Origin: Sedimentisphaerales bacterium
Lineage (GTDB): Bacteria > Planctomycetota > Phycisphaerae > Sedimentisphaerales > SM23-30
DNA: 64,000 nt
Assembly (NCBI GenBank): GCA_963667715.1
Contig: OY763926.1
Location: 909,249 to 973,248, forward strand
Direction of reading: 5' to 3'
Part shown: positions 47,306 through 57,612 of the stretch, piece by piece
Layout: every line of letters begins with the position of its first letter
How positions within the stretch are numbered: position 1 is the first letter of the stretch
The notes under the pieces: generated by a model
Databases searched by the model: none
What the model saw: only the letters and a program-made list of their open reading frames with translations
Told to the model about the DNA's origin: nothing
Program-made: the position numbers and the translations under genes

Positions 47306-49108
47306 CTAGACTTTTTCGCCGCCAAGCTCGTCAAGTCTTCTTTCGAGAGCTTCATGCTGAGCTAACAGGTTAACCGGCATTCTATCGCCGAACTGCTTGA
47401 AGTATTCAGCAACACCGACCATTTCAGCTTTCCAGTCTTCAGGATTGATCTCGAACAGTTTTGTCATTGTTTCCTGGTCGATATCGATACCGGACATATC
47501 AATGTCGTTTAGTTTCGGAATGAAACCGATAGCAGTCTTGTCAGCGTCAACATCATGACGACATCTGGCCAGAATCCATTCAAGAACTCTGAGGTTTTCG
47601 CCGAAGCCAGGCCACATGAACTTACCGTTTTCATCCTGACGGAACCAGTTAACGTGGAAAATTTTCGGCTGCCATCTCATACGAACACCCATTCTCAGCC
47701 AATGTTCAAAGTAATCGGCCATATTGTAACCACAGAACGGCAGCATTGCCATTGGGTCGCGTCTTACTTCGCCGAGTTTACCAACCTGGGCTGCAGTACG
47801 TTCAGATGCCATAGTCGCACCCATATATACACCATGCTGCCAGTCAAATGCTTCGTAAACCAATGGAGCCAGTTTCGCACGACGGCCACCGAATATAATA
47901 GCAGAGATAGGTACACCATGATGGTGTTCAGTACGGAAAGAGTGGCTAGGACACTGTTCCAGTGGGGCAGTAAAGCGGCTGTTAGGATGTGCACCAGGGA
48001 TTTTCTTACCGTCGGCATCGGTCATGCCAGGCTTCCATGGGTTGCCTCTCCAGTCGATAGCACCTTCAGAGGCAGGTTCGCCGTCGCCGTCTTCCCACCA
48101 TACAGTGCCGTCTGGATTAAGTACGACGTTAGTGAAGATAGTATTTTTCTGAACAGTTTTAACAGCACTTGGGTTTGATTTGCTGTTGGTACCAGGAGCA
48201 ACGCCAAAGAATCCGTTTTCCGGGTTGATCGCCCAGAGTCTGCCGTCGGTATCAATTCTCATCCACGAGATATCATCACCCACGGTCCAGATCCTGTAGC
48301 CTTTAGACTTTAGACCTTCCGGCGGGATAAGCATAGCCAGGTTAGTCTTACCACAGGCACTTGGGAAAGCTGCGGCAACGTATTCGATCTTGCCGTTTGG
48401 TTCTTCAATACCCAGGATGAGCATATGTTCAGCCATCCACATTTCTTTGCGAGCCAGATGACTGGCGATACGCAGAGCGAGGCATTTTTTACCGAGCAGC
48501 ACGTTTCCGCCGTAACCACTGTTAACTGACCAGATAGTGTTATCTTCTGGGAAGTGTAGGATAAGGCGTTTTTCGATATCCAGGTCGGCTTTACTGTGCA
48601 GGCACTTGGTGAATTCGCCATTTGTGCCAAGGGCTTCCAGTACAGCATTGCCAACTCTTGTCATGATGATCATGTTAAGAACAACGTAAATACTGTCGGT
48701 GAGCTCGACACCAATTTTACTAAATGGAGAGCCGACAGGTCCCATGCTGAAAGGAACGACGTACATGGTACGCCCTTTCATAGAGCCGTTAAAGTATTCG
48801 CCAGCCTTGCGATATCCTTCGTCCGGGCTCATCCAGTTATTATTTGGTCCGGCATCATCTTTAAGCGGAGTACAGATAAAGGTCAGATGTTCAACGCGGG
48901 CAACATCGTTTTCTGCGGTCTTATGATATAGACAGCCAGGCAGAATTTCCTGATTAAGTTTGATAACCTCGCCAGATTCGCAAGCTTCTTCGGTAAGAGC
49001 ATCTTTTTGTGCAGTGCTGCCGTCAACAAGGACAATGTTGTCCGGCTGGCACATTTGAGCCATTTTGTCAATCCATTCATTTAATGCTGTATGCGCAGTT
49101 AAACCCAT
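47306..49108 (-). CDS. pckG: Phosphoenolpyruvate carboxykinase (GTP)
   Basis: DVARVE, SGYGGNVLLGKKC, AEHM, FPSACGKTNLAM, VGDDI, AHPNSRF, DPMAMLPFCGY. Confidence 0.97.
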   Translation of the reverse strand: MGLTAHTALNEWIDKMAQMCQPDNIVLVDGSTAQKDALTEEACESGEVIKLNQEILPGCLYHKTAENDVARVEHLTFICTPLKDDAGPNNNWMSPDEGYRKAGEYFNGSMKGRTMYVVPFSMGPVGSPFSKIGVELTDSIYVVLNMIIMTRVGNAVLEALGTNGEFTKCLHSKADLDIEKRLILHFPEDNTIWSVNSGYGGNVLLGKKCLALRIASHLARKEMWMAEHMLILGIEEPNGKIEYVAAAFPSACGKTNLAMLIPPEGLKSKGYRIWTVGDDISWMRIDTDGRLWAINPENGFFGVAPGTNSKSNPSAVKTVQKNTIFTNVVLNPDGTVWWEDGDGEPASEGAIDWRGNPWKPGMTDADGKKIPGAHPNSRFTAPLEQCPSHSFRTEHHHGVPISAIIFGGRRAKLAPLVYEAFDWQHGVYMGATMASERTAAQVGKLGEVRRDPMAMLPFCGYNMADYFEHWLRMGVRMRWQPKIFHVNWFRQDENGKFMWPGFGENLRVLEWILARCRHDVDADKTAIGFIPKLNDIDMSGIDIDQETMTKLFEINPEDWKAEMVGVAEYFKQFGDRMPVNLLAQHEALERRLDELGGEKV

Positions 49109-49222
49109 TTTTCTTACTCCTGAAAATAGAATTACTAGTTACGTTTATATTTTATTATTTGCGTTAATTTTATATAGAAAATGTATTTTATCTCTCGCGG
49201 CATAATAGATCATAGCCAAATG

Positions 49223-49251
49223 ATAGTAGTTTGTTAATTATGTTTTGTCAA
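49223..49251 (-). promoter_or_regulatory. Sigma70-type promoter of pckG
   Basis: TTGACA (49251-49246), 17-bp spacer, TACTAT (49228-49223). Confidence 0.65.
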
Positions 49252-49443
49252 GCTTTTGTTGGCTAATAAATAAGTTATCTGACCTTGTATTTTGTCATAA
49301 ATCTATCTGATACTGATGTTTATAGTGTTTTCTAATTAAGTCACCACATTTATGCGTCGATATTTATTCAGAATACATTTAATTGTGTATGAATATTTTA
49401 TGTGCAAATACTTAAGGTGCTAATGTACAAGGAGTTATATTTT

Positions 49444-51459
49444 ATGGAAAAACGGAGTTACAGCCATATTTTCCTGAATTCTGTATGTTACAATACAATG
49501 ATAGCATTACTTACATGTATTAGCATGGTTTTTGCGTCTGATAATAGCGTTGATATCACTATTGGTAATGATATTGACGGTTTGGGCAGTGATATAGTAG
49601 AAAATGAATTGCTATTATTTGAAGATATGCCGCTGGTGTATTCGGTGTCCAGATCAGCCCAGGAGATAGATGATCTTTCGATCCCTGTGAACGTTATAAC
49701 GGCAGATGATATTCATTATTCGGGTTTTACCAGTATCCCAGAGGCTTTAAGTTATAGTCTGGGTGTTGATATACTTCCGTCGAGCAGAAATGAATATCGT
49801 ATGTGTATGGAAGGTATCAGGTTCTCGTTCTTTGACAGGACGGTTACGCTGATCAATGGTCGCAATGTAAATAGTGTCGTTACCGGCGGTACAAATTACA
49901 TGGCAATCCCTGTATTTATGGAAGATATTGACAGGATAGAGGTTGTAAGGGGTGCAGGCGGAGCGGCCTGGGGTACAAATGCCTTTAATGGTGTAGTGAA
50001 TATAGTTACCAAGCGTCCAGAAGATATGCTTGGCTTTATGTATACAGGAACATTTAATGAATATGGTGATAGTTATAATCACTTCAGATGGGCAGAAATG
50101 AAAGATAGCTGGCAATGGCGAATTTCATCTGGCTATAGTGCCTGGACAACAACAGAAGATGCAGTTCATAATGACGATTTCACTTCAAACGATTTTGCTG
50201 CGATACGTAATCTTGATAGTGAGCTGATAATTGGCCTGAGTGATCTTACGGAATTGTCTTTTGGTGCTGCCTGGCTAAGGTCAAGGATGGGCGGGCGGTT
50301 CCAGCCAACACTGGCGACCTACTTTGACCCTACTGCACCATTTGTAGACAGGGTGAATAAGTCTGAATATCAGAGGTATTATGCCAAGCTGGAACGTAAG
50401 AAATATGATGACTACAGTTTCTATTTGCAGGTGTATAGTAATACAACACATTTAGATGAGCTGGTAGGTTTTCGTACCCGGACGATGGAAAATGACTTTG
50501 AAGGTCAGTTAGATCTGGATCTTGATAATCATAATTTATTGGTAGGTATTAACGCTCGTCAGTATAAGCTTGAATCATTGAGTAATCAGTATTCGTTCCA
50601 GTTTAATGAAAAAGACTATGATGATTATCAGGCTGGTATGTTTTTGATCGATCGCTGGTCAGTAAGTGATAACCTTGACATTGAGGGTCAGATACGTAAT
50701 GACTATTTCTCAAATCGAGATGCTTGTGACTGGTCGGGCAGATTGTCAGTTATTGATCATTTAGATGAAGAGTATAATCAGAAGCTTCGTTTAAGTGTAG
50801 CTCGTTCATTTAGGGCTGGAAGTTTTGGTTGGAAAGACACATATTTTCTTGACGTAAGAACAGACCCGGAAGCAAAGAATGAAGAGCTTGTCTCTTATGA
50901 AGCAGGTTATAGTATTGAGCCTACAGGCAATATTCATCTTGATCTAAATTCATATTATAGGAAATATAAAGACCTGCTAGGCACCTCAATTGCGTTTGAT
51001 CCTCTGGGCGGTATGTCGCTGTATATGAGTAATAACTGCGATATGGATGTTCTGGGAGTAGAGGCCAAACTGGGTTTGAATTATACGAAGTATTCAGCTG
51101 ATTTTTGGATGTCGTATGATGATCAGAAGTTTTATGAGTTGGCTACAAGTACATCATCTGCTTATCCTGCTAACCTTAAGGCAGGAGTTAATTGTCGTTA
51201 TGAATTATCTTCACTTTGGACGGCAAGTGCAAACTTTAAATACAGTGGTCGTACATTAGATACACGTGATGAGGATTATCTTGATAAGTATAGTCTGTGT
51301 ACAGTGGCATTTACCCGGAAGCTAAATGGCGGCAGGGGCGACTTAACCTTTGGTGTTAGTAATCTGTTTGATGATACTTGTGCTCTCTGGCAGAATTCAG
51401 ATGAGCTGGATAATTCAATAGGAAGAACGTTTTTTGGGAGAATACAGGTCAAGTTCTGA
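49444..51459 (+). CDS. TonB-dependent outer-membrane receptor
   Basis: Plug VYSVSR...VNVITADDI...IPEAL, LINGR, DIDRIEVVRGAGGAAWGTNAFNGVVNIVTK; C-terminal NLFD...GRTFFGRIQVKF; AAGGAG before the ATG at 49444. Confidence 0.92.
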   Translation: MEKRSYSHIFLNSVCYNTMIALLTCISMVFASDNSVDITIGNDIDGLGSDIVENELLLFEDMPLVYSVSRSAQEIDDLSIPVNVITADDIHYSGFTSIPEALSYSLGVDILPSSRNEYRMCMEGIRFSFFDRTVTLINGRNVNSVVTGGTNYMAIPVFMEDIDRIEVVRGAGGAAWGTNAFNGVVNIVTKRPEDMLGFMYTGTFNEYGDSYNHFRWAEMKDSWQWRISSGYSAWTTTEDAVHNDDFTSNDFAAIRNLDSELIIGLSDLTELSFGAAWLRSRMGGRFQPTLATYFDPTAPFVDRVNKSEYQRYYAKLERKKYDDYSFYLQVYSNTTHLDELVGFRTRTMENDFEGQLDLDLDNHNLLVGINARQYKLESLSNQYSFQFNEKDYDDYQAGMFLIDRWSVSDNLDIEGQIRNDYFSNRDACDWSGRLSVIDHLDEEYNQKLRLSVARSFRAGSFGWKDTYFLDVRTDPEAKNEELVSYEAGYSIEPTGNIHLDLNSYYRKYKDLLGTSIAFDPLGGMSLYMSNNCDMDVLGVEAKLGLNYTKYSADFWMSYDDQKFYELATSTSSAYPANLKAGVNCRYELSSLWTASANFKYSGRTLDTRDEDYLDKYSLCTVAFTRKLNGGRGDLTFGVSNLFDDTCALWQNSDELDNSIGRTFFGRIQVKF

Positions 51460-51480
51460 TCTTAGGATATAGTATAAATA

Positions 51481-52398
51481 ATGTTTACCAGATTTTTGAC
51501 AACTATAATGACAGTTTTAGTTCTATGCGGTTGCGTGCTCGCAGCTGATAGTGCTAATTTAGCTGTTATTCTTCAAGAAGGCAACGAGGAATATGAAGTT
51601 GCACTTGAGGAGTTTGTCCATCAGGTGGATAATACTGAGATAAAGTGCAGTGTTATGACATGCAGTGATGTTGAGAAAGCTGGTGAATTGAATTATGCCG
51701 TTTACGACATGTTTGTTGTGATCGGTTCGAAAGCAGCTCTTGCAGTACAGGATAATGTGCCTCGTGGTATTCCTGTAGCGTACTGTATGGTCTATTCGCC
51801 TGAAAAGGTAGGTCTTACCTCTGAGCCGGTTAATTTTGGTATATCACTGCGAGTTAGTGTTAGTGACCAGATCGGGCTTGTTCGTCAGGTGCTGCCATAT
51901 AGCAAGACAATGGTCACATTTATTAATCAGACCCAGTTTAGCAGGCAGGATTGGCCGCTTACGGAGTGGCCGGAGTCTCCAGATTATATGACAGTAATTG
52001 TACCGGACGAAATACGCAATTCTGAAAGAGCTGGTCATGTTAAAAGACTGATCAATACATCACCAGATGTTATCTGGACATATCCAGATTCAAATGTCTT
52101 TCATATGATAACAATGAAGATGGTTTTACTAGAGTCTATAAGACGTAAGATTCCGGTTTTTGGCTACTCTGAGAATGTTGTTAAAGCAGGTGCACTAATG
52201 GGAGTGACTGTAGAGTCACGGGATCAGGGTAGGCAATTGGCAGAGATGGTCAGAGCTGTTATTGCAGGTGAAGAGCTGGTAGAGAGGCATAGAAATGCAA
52301 GTTTTAAGCCGGTATTTAACCTGGCGGTAGCTGATATTATTGGGGTAGAGATCCCTGAGAATATTTTGTCGCAGGCGAAATATGTTTATGGCAGATAA
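51481..52398 (+). CDS. Periplasmic ABC-substrate-binding-like protein (ABC_sub_bind type) without cognate permease
   Basis: Signal peptide; VIGSKAA, IPVAYCMV, IPVFGYSENVVKAGALM, DQGRQLAEM, FNLAVADIIGVEIP..IL..A. Confidence 0.78.
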   Translation: MFTRFLTTIMTVLVLCGCVLAADSANLAVILQEGNEEYEVALEEFVHQVDNTEIKCSVMTCSDVEKAGELNYAVYDMFVVIGSKAALAVQDNVPRGIPVAYCMVYSPEKVGLTSEPVNFGISLRVSVSDQIGLVRQVLPYSKTMVTFINQTQFSRQDWPLTEWPESPDYMTVIVPDEIRNSERAGHVKRLINTSPDVIWTYPDSNVFHMITMKMVLLESIRRKIPVFGYSENVVKAGALMGVTVESRDQGRQLAEMVRAVIAGEELVERHRNASFKPVFNLAVADIIGVEIPENILSQAKYVYGR

Positions 52399-52449
52399 CT
52401 GTATAACATAAATATTGAGAAGATAATAGATTGTTAAAAAGGACACCAG

Positions 52450-55400
52450 ATGTTTAGGTTTCTGAGAAAAAAAGGACTGCTGGTAAAGGCCACAGCTGCG
52501 GTGGTTGCAATTGTGAGTTTGGCTCTTATTGCAGTTACTGTAGTTGGTTCAGTGCGTATTTACAGTTTTGTATTGGAAGACTGTAAGCGTGAAGCATCCA
52601 ATTATGCCGCGCAGATGGGCAAGATGGTCGAGTTGCCGCTGGTTGTTGAAAATACTGAAGAGCTTGATCAGCAGGTATTTTCATTTGGTCAGATACCGCA
52701 TATGCTCTTTGTTCTTATATACAATTCAAAAGATGAGCTTGTTTCCAGTTATATCAAAAATGAATACGCTTACAACCGATACCAATCAGGCGTTGAAGAA
52801 AATAGTGCGTTTTGGGTACAGGAAATGCCGGTTGTTCTTGCTAATGTGGTAGGTGGTTATAGTCCAGATGCAGAGACTCCAGAAAGTCTGGCATCTGAAC
52901 ATTCTCTGGTCGGAGACAATGTTGAAGCGGTAGGCAAAGTGGTTTTGGGCTTATCCAAAAATGTGGTAGATAAGGCTTTTCGTGGTTATTGCTACAGTAT
53001 GGTTTCGATAAGTCTGGTAGTACTGTTGGTAAGTTCGCTGGTGACCATGTTTATTGTCAAATACATGGTTAATAAGCTGGAATTGCTTATAGCTGCCAGT
53101 CGCAGGATAGCCCGCGGCGACCTTGATTTTGATATGGGACATCTCGAAGGAGATGATGAGCTTGGTTCTTTGGCAACCTCGTTTAAGAAGATGAGAGATG
53201 CTATTTGTGACCGTGACAGGGAGCTCAGGGAGCTTAACAGCTCGCTGCAAAGGCAGGTTGAAACACGTACCGTGGAGCTTGTTGAAGCGAATGAGAAGTT
53301 AAGAGATGAAATGGTAAGCAGGGTGAAATACCAGTGCCGTTTACAGGAAAGTGAACAGCTTTTCCGTTCTCTATATGAATCTTCTCAGGATGCAGTATTG
53401 TTGATTAATGAAAGTTTCAGAATATTTGATTGTAATGACAGGGCTTTGGAACTGTTTGGCTGCAAGAGTCGCTCAGATGTTCTTAATATGAGTCCGGTGG
53501 ACTTTTCGCCGGAAAGACAACCTTGTGGTATCGAGTCTGCGATCCTTTTCCAGAAAACTTTAAGTTCTGCGGTGTTTAAGGGCAGTCACAGGTTCGAATG
53601 GGAATTCCGTGATGAAGAAAAGCGTTCTGTTGAATGTGAAGTATGCTTCTCTGCTATGACAGTAAATGATCGCAGGGTTATTCAGGCGGTTATTCGCGAT
53701 ATTACCAAGCAGAAACGTCACGAGCAGGTTCTGAAAATGGCTAAGGAACAGGCGGAGGCAGCGAATAAATCCAAGAGTGAATTTCTTGCCTGTATGACCC
53801 ACGAGATCAGAACCCCGATGAATGGTATTATCGGTATGTCTGAGCTTTTGGAGAAAACCGGGCTTAGTGATAAGCAGGTTAATTATGTCGACGTATTGAA
53901 GTCTTCAGCTACTCTTATGTTAGATCTGATCAATTCTATATTAGATTTCTCTAAGATAGAAGCTGGTAAGATGGAGCTTGATGAGTATTCATTTAATTTG
54001 AAGAGTTCTATCGAAAATAATATGAGGGTATTAAGCTCTGTGGCCTCTAAGAAAGGTGTGACCTTAAAGTATAACTATGATGGTGAGGGAATAGAGCATG
54101 TATATGGTGACGAAGGTAAGCTTAGGCAGGTACTTCTTAACCTTATTGGAAATGCTATTAAGTTCTCAAATGATCAGGGTGATCCACAGATTACCGTCTC
54201 TTGTGAGCTGATTGACCATGAAGATGATATTGCCTTGTTTACCTTTACTGTTACCGATAATGGTATTGGTATTCCTCATGAGCAGCAGGAGAAGCTGTTC
54301 TCAGCGTTTACCCAGGCAGATTCAACTACTACTCGTAAGTACGGTGGGACTGGTCTTGGCCTTGCGATCAGTAAAGGTCTGGTTAAACTTCTGGGTGGTA
54401 ATATTGGTGTGGTAAGTAACTATGGTGAAGGTTCTTCGTTCTGGTTTACCGCTTGCTTCAGGGTGATCGATAAAGCAGAAGTGGAGACGGTTGAATCCAG
54501 TGTTGTAAATGAAGTAATTGGTCAGGAAGTTGTTGACGGTACAGGTATGAAAGTGCTTGTAGTTGAGGATAATGAAGTAAATCAGATGGTGGTTGTAGAA
54601 ATGCTCAAGCAGTTGCACTGTGAGGTTCGGGTTGCTGAGCATGGTCTGGAAGCACTTGAGATCGTTCGTGATTTCGATTGTGATATTATTCTTATGGACT
54701 GTCTCATGCCGGAAATGGATGGCTATGAGGCAACTCGTCAGATTAAAACTCTTATTGCCAATGGCGGCTTGAAGTGGTGTGATCCATCACATAATCTACC
54801 TATAATTGCCCTGACCGCGAATATGAGAGGCAGTGACAGGGAAAAGTGCGTTGAAGCAGGTATGGATGACTTTATGGGTAAGCCATTCTTGTTTGAGGAG
54901 CTTGTTGGTATGCTTCTGGAGTATGTTCCGCATAAAACTACCAGTGTTCCAGCGTCAGCTGTAAGCAGTTCATCTGAAGTGCAGTCAGATGCCGGAAATG
55001 ATGGTTCTGAGGTTGTTTCTAACGGTTCTGGTGATAATGTTATAAATAACGTTGGTGCTGATAATCAGGCGGAACAATCTGCCGCAGAGTATGGTTCTGG
55101 TGGAGTTGATGAAAAACAGAAATCACCAGAACATTATGCAGGGGAAGAAGATATGATACCGATAAAAGTTGATGAGTTCCTTGATAGATGTATGGGGAAT
55201 ATCGATTTGTTTGATAGAATGCTTGATAAATTTGAAGAGCAGGTTGAGATTAATTTTACTAATCTGATTGAATACCTTGAAAGCGAAGATGTAGAATCTG
55301 TTAGAAGAGTAGCTCATACCGTTAAGGGTATGGCGGCTAATACTTCGGCAGTAGATCTTATGGTTGTAGCTGCTCGCGTAGAGGAACTGGCCAAAATAGG

Positions 55401-55506
55401 TGAGCTCGATACTGTTAAAAATTATATGAATGAGCTGCAATCTGAGATAAAGAAATGTTTGGAATACATACCGGAGGCTAAAGATGTCGGAAGAAAACAA
55501 AGTTAA
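52450..55506 (+). CDS. Unorthodox hybrid sensor histidine kinase (periplasmic sensor-HAMP-PAS-HisKA-HATPase-REC-Hpt)
   Basis: MTHEIRTPMNG, LLNLIGNAIKF, DNGIGI, GGTGLGL; REC VEDN...LMDCLMPEMDG...ALTA...KP; Hpt AHTVKGMAAN. Confidence 0.94.
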   Translation: MFRFLRKKGLLVKATAAVVAIVSLALIAVTVVGSVRIYSFVLEDCKREASNYAAQMGKMVELPLVVENTEELDQQVFSFGQIPHMLFVLIYNSKDELVSSYIKNEYAYNRYQSGVEENSAFWVQEMPVVLANVVGGYSPDAETPESLASEHSLVGDNVEAVGKVVLGLSKNVVDKAFRGYCYSMVSISLVVLLVSSLVTMFIVKYMVNKLELLIAASRRIARGDLDFDMGHLEGDDELGSLATSFKKMRDAICDRDRELRELNSSLQRQVETRTVELVEANEKLRDEMVSRVKYQCRLQESEQLFRSLYESSQDAVLLINESFRIFDCNDRALELFGCKSRSDVLNMSPVDFSPERQPCGIESAILFQKTLSSAVFKGSHRFEWEFRDEEKRSVECEVCFSAMTVNDRRVIQAVIRDITKQKRHEQVLKMAKEQAEAANKSKSEFLACMTHEIRTPMNGIIGMSELLEKTGLSDKQVNYVDVLKSSATLMLDLINSILDFSKIEAGKMELDEYSFNLKSSIENNMRVLSSVASKKGVTLKYNYDGEGIEHVYGDEGKLRQVLLNLIGNAIKFSNDQGDPQITVSCELIDHEDDIALFTFTVTDNGIGIPHEQQEKLFSAFTQADSTTTRKYGGTGLGLAISKGLVKLLGGNIGVVSNYGEGSSFWFTACFRVIDKAEVETVESSVVNEVIGQEVVDGTGMKVLVVEDNEVNQMVVVEMLKQLHCEVRVAEHGLEALEIVRDFDCDIILMDCLMPEMDGYEATRQIKTLIANGGLKWCDPSHNLPIIALTANMRGSDREKCVEAGMDDFMGKPFLFEELVGMLLEYVPHKTTSVPASAVSSSSEVQSDAGNDGSEVVSNGSGDNVINNVGADNQAEQSAAEYGSGGVDEKQKSPEHYAGEEDMIPIKVDEFLDRCMGNIDLFDRMLDKFEEQVEINFTNLIEYLESEDVESVRRVAHTVKGMAANTSAVDLMVVAARVEELAKIGELDTVKNYMNELQSEIKKCLEYIPEAKDVGRKQS

Positions 55507-56515
55507 GATATTGATCGCCGACGATAATGAGATGGACTTGTGTCTGCTGGAGAATATGCTTCTGCAGCACAATTATATTCCATTAAAAGCGACCAATGGG
55601 CAAGAGGCTTTGGATGTCCTCAATGGCGACGATGAATGCCAGATGGTCATTACAGACTGGGACATGCCACTTATGAACGGACCAGAGCTGTGTCGGAAGA
55701 TCAGAAAGAATATATCGAATTATGTGTATATTATTATCCTTACTGCAAGTAGTTCTCGTGGTTCGGTGGTGGAAGGTCTGGCCGCAGGTGCAGATGATTA
55801 TATTGTCAAGCCATTTAACCCGGCAGAGCTTGCGGTACGTTTGCTTGCTGGTCGTAGAGTTGTGAATCTTGAGAGTCATGAACTTCTGATTTATGCAATG
55901 GCTAAACTTGCTGAATCTCGTGACCCGGAAACAGGTTTCCATCTTGAGAGAGTGAGAAACTATTGCAGGGTTCTGTCGCTTAATTTATATGAAAATGGCA
56001 AGTATCCAGAGGTGATTGACCCGGACTTTATCCGTCTTATGTACAATACCAGTCCAATGCATGATATTGGCAAGGTTGGAATTCCAGATAGGATATTGCA
56101 GAAACCGGGAAGGCTCACTCCAGAGGAATTTGAGCTTATGAAACAGCATACGGTTATTGGCGGAGAGACCCTTGAAGCGGCTCTGAATGAGTTTCCGCAT
56201 GCCAGATATCTCAGGGTAGCGTATGATATTGCTATTTCACATCATGAAAAGTGGAACGGTGCAGGTTATCCTTCCGGGCTTGCCGGTCAGGACATACCGA
56301 TCAGTGCCAGAGTTATGGCGGTAGCGGATGTTTATGATGCATTAACATCAAAGAGAGTGTATAAAGACGCATTTTCCCATGAAAAGGCGTGTGGCATAAT
56401 TGTAGGTGATAGCGGTACTCATTTTGATCCAACCATTATAGAATCGTTTTCACTGGTTGCAGAGCTCTTTAACGAGATTCGCGGCAGCTATGAAGATGTG
56501 TTATGTGAGGTGTAG
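55484..56515 (+). CDS. Response regulator with HD-GYP cyclic-di-GMP phosphodiesterase domain (RpfG-like)
   Basis: REC IADDN...TDWDMP...KPF; RDPETGFH, MHDIGKVG, HHEKWNGAGYP, ADVYDAL..KRVYK; overlaps the kinase 3' end by 23 nt. Confidence 0.94.
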   Translation: MSEENKVKILIADDNEMDLCLLENMLLQHNYIPLKATNGQEALDVLNGDDECQMVITDWDMPLMNGPELCRKIRKNISNYVYIIILTASSSRGSVVEGLAAGADDYIVKPFNPAELAVRLLAGRRVVNLESHELLIYAMAKLAESRDPETGFHLERVRNYCRVLSLNLYENGKYPEVIDPDFIRLMYNTSPMHDIGKVGIPDRILQKPGRLTPEEFELMKQHTVIGGETLEAALNEFPHARYLRVAYDIAISHHEKWNGAGYPSGLAGQDIPISARVMAVADVYDALTSKRVYKDAFSHEKACGIIVGDSGTHFDPTIIESFSLVAELFNEIRGSYEDVLCEV

Positions 56516-56724
56516 GCAGCTGTTTTTCCTTACGGTATAACGATGGTCGCGTTAGCCGTAAGGGTATTACATTGAGTGCGAGTGTTTTAACTCTTTTTGA
56601 TAGTATTACTTGCTTGATAATTCCACTTAAAGCCATTAAAATCCTGTTTCCTGTTGTTTCAGGACTTTGAGATAGCTGTTAGAATACAGTGTCAGTTAGA
56701 TGAATATTGTAGAAAGGATTACAA

Positions 56725-57612
56725 ATGGCTTTTAATCAACCAAGAATTGGTATTATCGGAGGCTCTGGCCTGGGACAGGCTATGACAGAGCAGACTCAGG
56801 GTCAGGAACATTATTTTGAAACTCCGTTTGGAAAGCCTTCCGCTCCGATCATTACTTCAGAGATCAATGGTGTGCCAATTGCCTATTTGTCTCGTCATGG
56901 TAGGGGGCATGTTTTTAATCCTTCTGTAATTCCTTATAAAGCCAATATTTATGCGTTAAAGATGCTGGGCGTGACAAGCATTATTGCCAGTGGAGCTGTC
57001 GGTTCTCTGGTAGAAGAGGTTGAGCCGAAGCATTTGGTAATACCAGACCAGGTTATAGATAAGACATTTAAGCGTGAAAATACCTTCTTTGACGATGGTA
57101 TTGTTGCTCATGTTGATTTTGCCTGGCCGTTTTGTGATAAGCTCCGTCAGTTACTGATGAGTGTTGCAGATAAGGTTGAAACCAAGGTTCACAGGTCAGG
57201 TACGTATGTATGTATGGAAGGGCCTCAGTTCTCTACTCGTGCAGAATCATTGATGCACCGTAGTTGGGGGGCGGAACTAATTGGTATGACTTGTATGCCT
57301 GAGGCTCGTCTGGCACGTGAGGCAGAAATGTGCTATGCTTTGGTTGCTTTGCCGACAGATTATGATTGCTGGAAAGAGCCAAAAGGCGATGTAGATAAGC
57401 ATAAGCTAATAGCAGAGATCATTGGCAACCTGAATGAGGCTACTAATAATGCTATCGAGCTGATCAAAGCTGCCGTTTCGTCGGCAGGAGACTTATTAGA
57501 GCAGTCATGCGAGCATCATAGTGCTTTAGAACTGGCTATCTGGTCAGATAAGAGCAAAATGCCAGCAGAAACAGCCGAAAAACTCGAGCTTTTGATCAAA
57601 AAATATATTTGA
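56725..57612 (+). CDS. mtnP: S-methyl-5'-thioadenosine phosphorylase
   Basis: IGIIGGSG, TPFGKPS, RHGRGH, MEGPQFSTRAES, GMT..PEA.LAREAE, TDYDCW. Confidence 0.92.
   Translation: MAFNQPRIGIIGGSGLGQAMTEQTQGQEHYFETPFGKPSAPIITSEINGVPIAYLSRHGRGHVFNPSVIPYKANIYALKMLGVTSIIASGAVGSLVEEVEPKHLVIPDQVIDKTFKRENTFFDDGIVAHVDFAWPFCDKLRQLLMSVADKVETKVHRSGTYVCMEGPQFSTRAESLMHRSWGAELIGMTCMPEARLAREAEMCYALVALPTDYDCWKEPKGDVDKHKLIAEIIGNLNEATNNAIELIKAAVSSAGDLLEQSCEHHSALELAIWSDKSKMPAETAEKLELLIKKYI

Noticed and set aside
47555-48931. Long antisense ORFs over pckG (similar ones lie over pstS, pyrH, motA and dapL)
   Set aside because: Shadow frames of conserved genes with biased codon usage; no protein motifs.
49109-49443. 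Cobalamin riboswitch / BtuB identity for the TonB receptor, suggested by cobO in the window
   Set aside because: The leader is AT-rich with no B12-element motifs, the downstream genes are signalling genes, and cobO is ~7.7 kb away.
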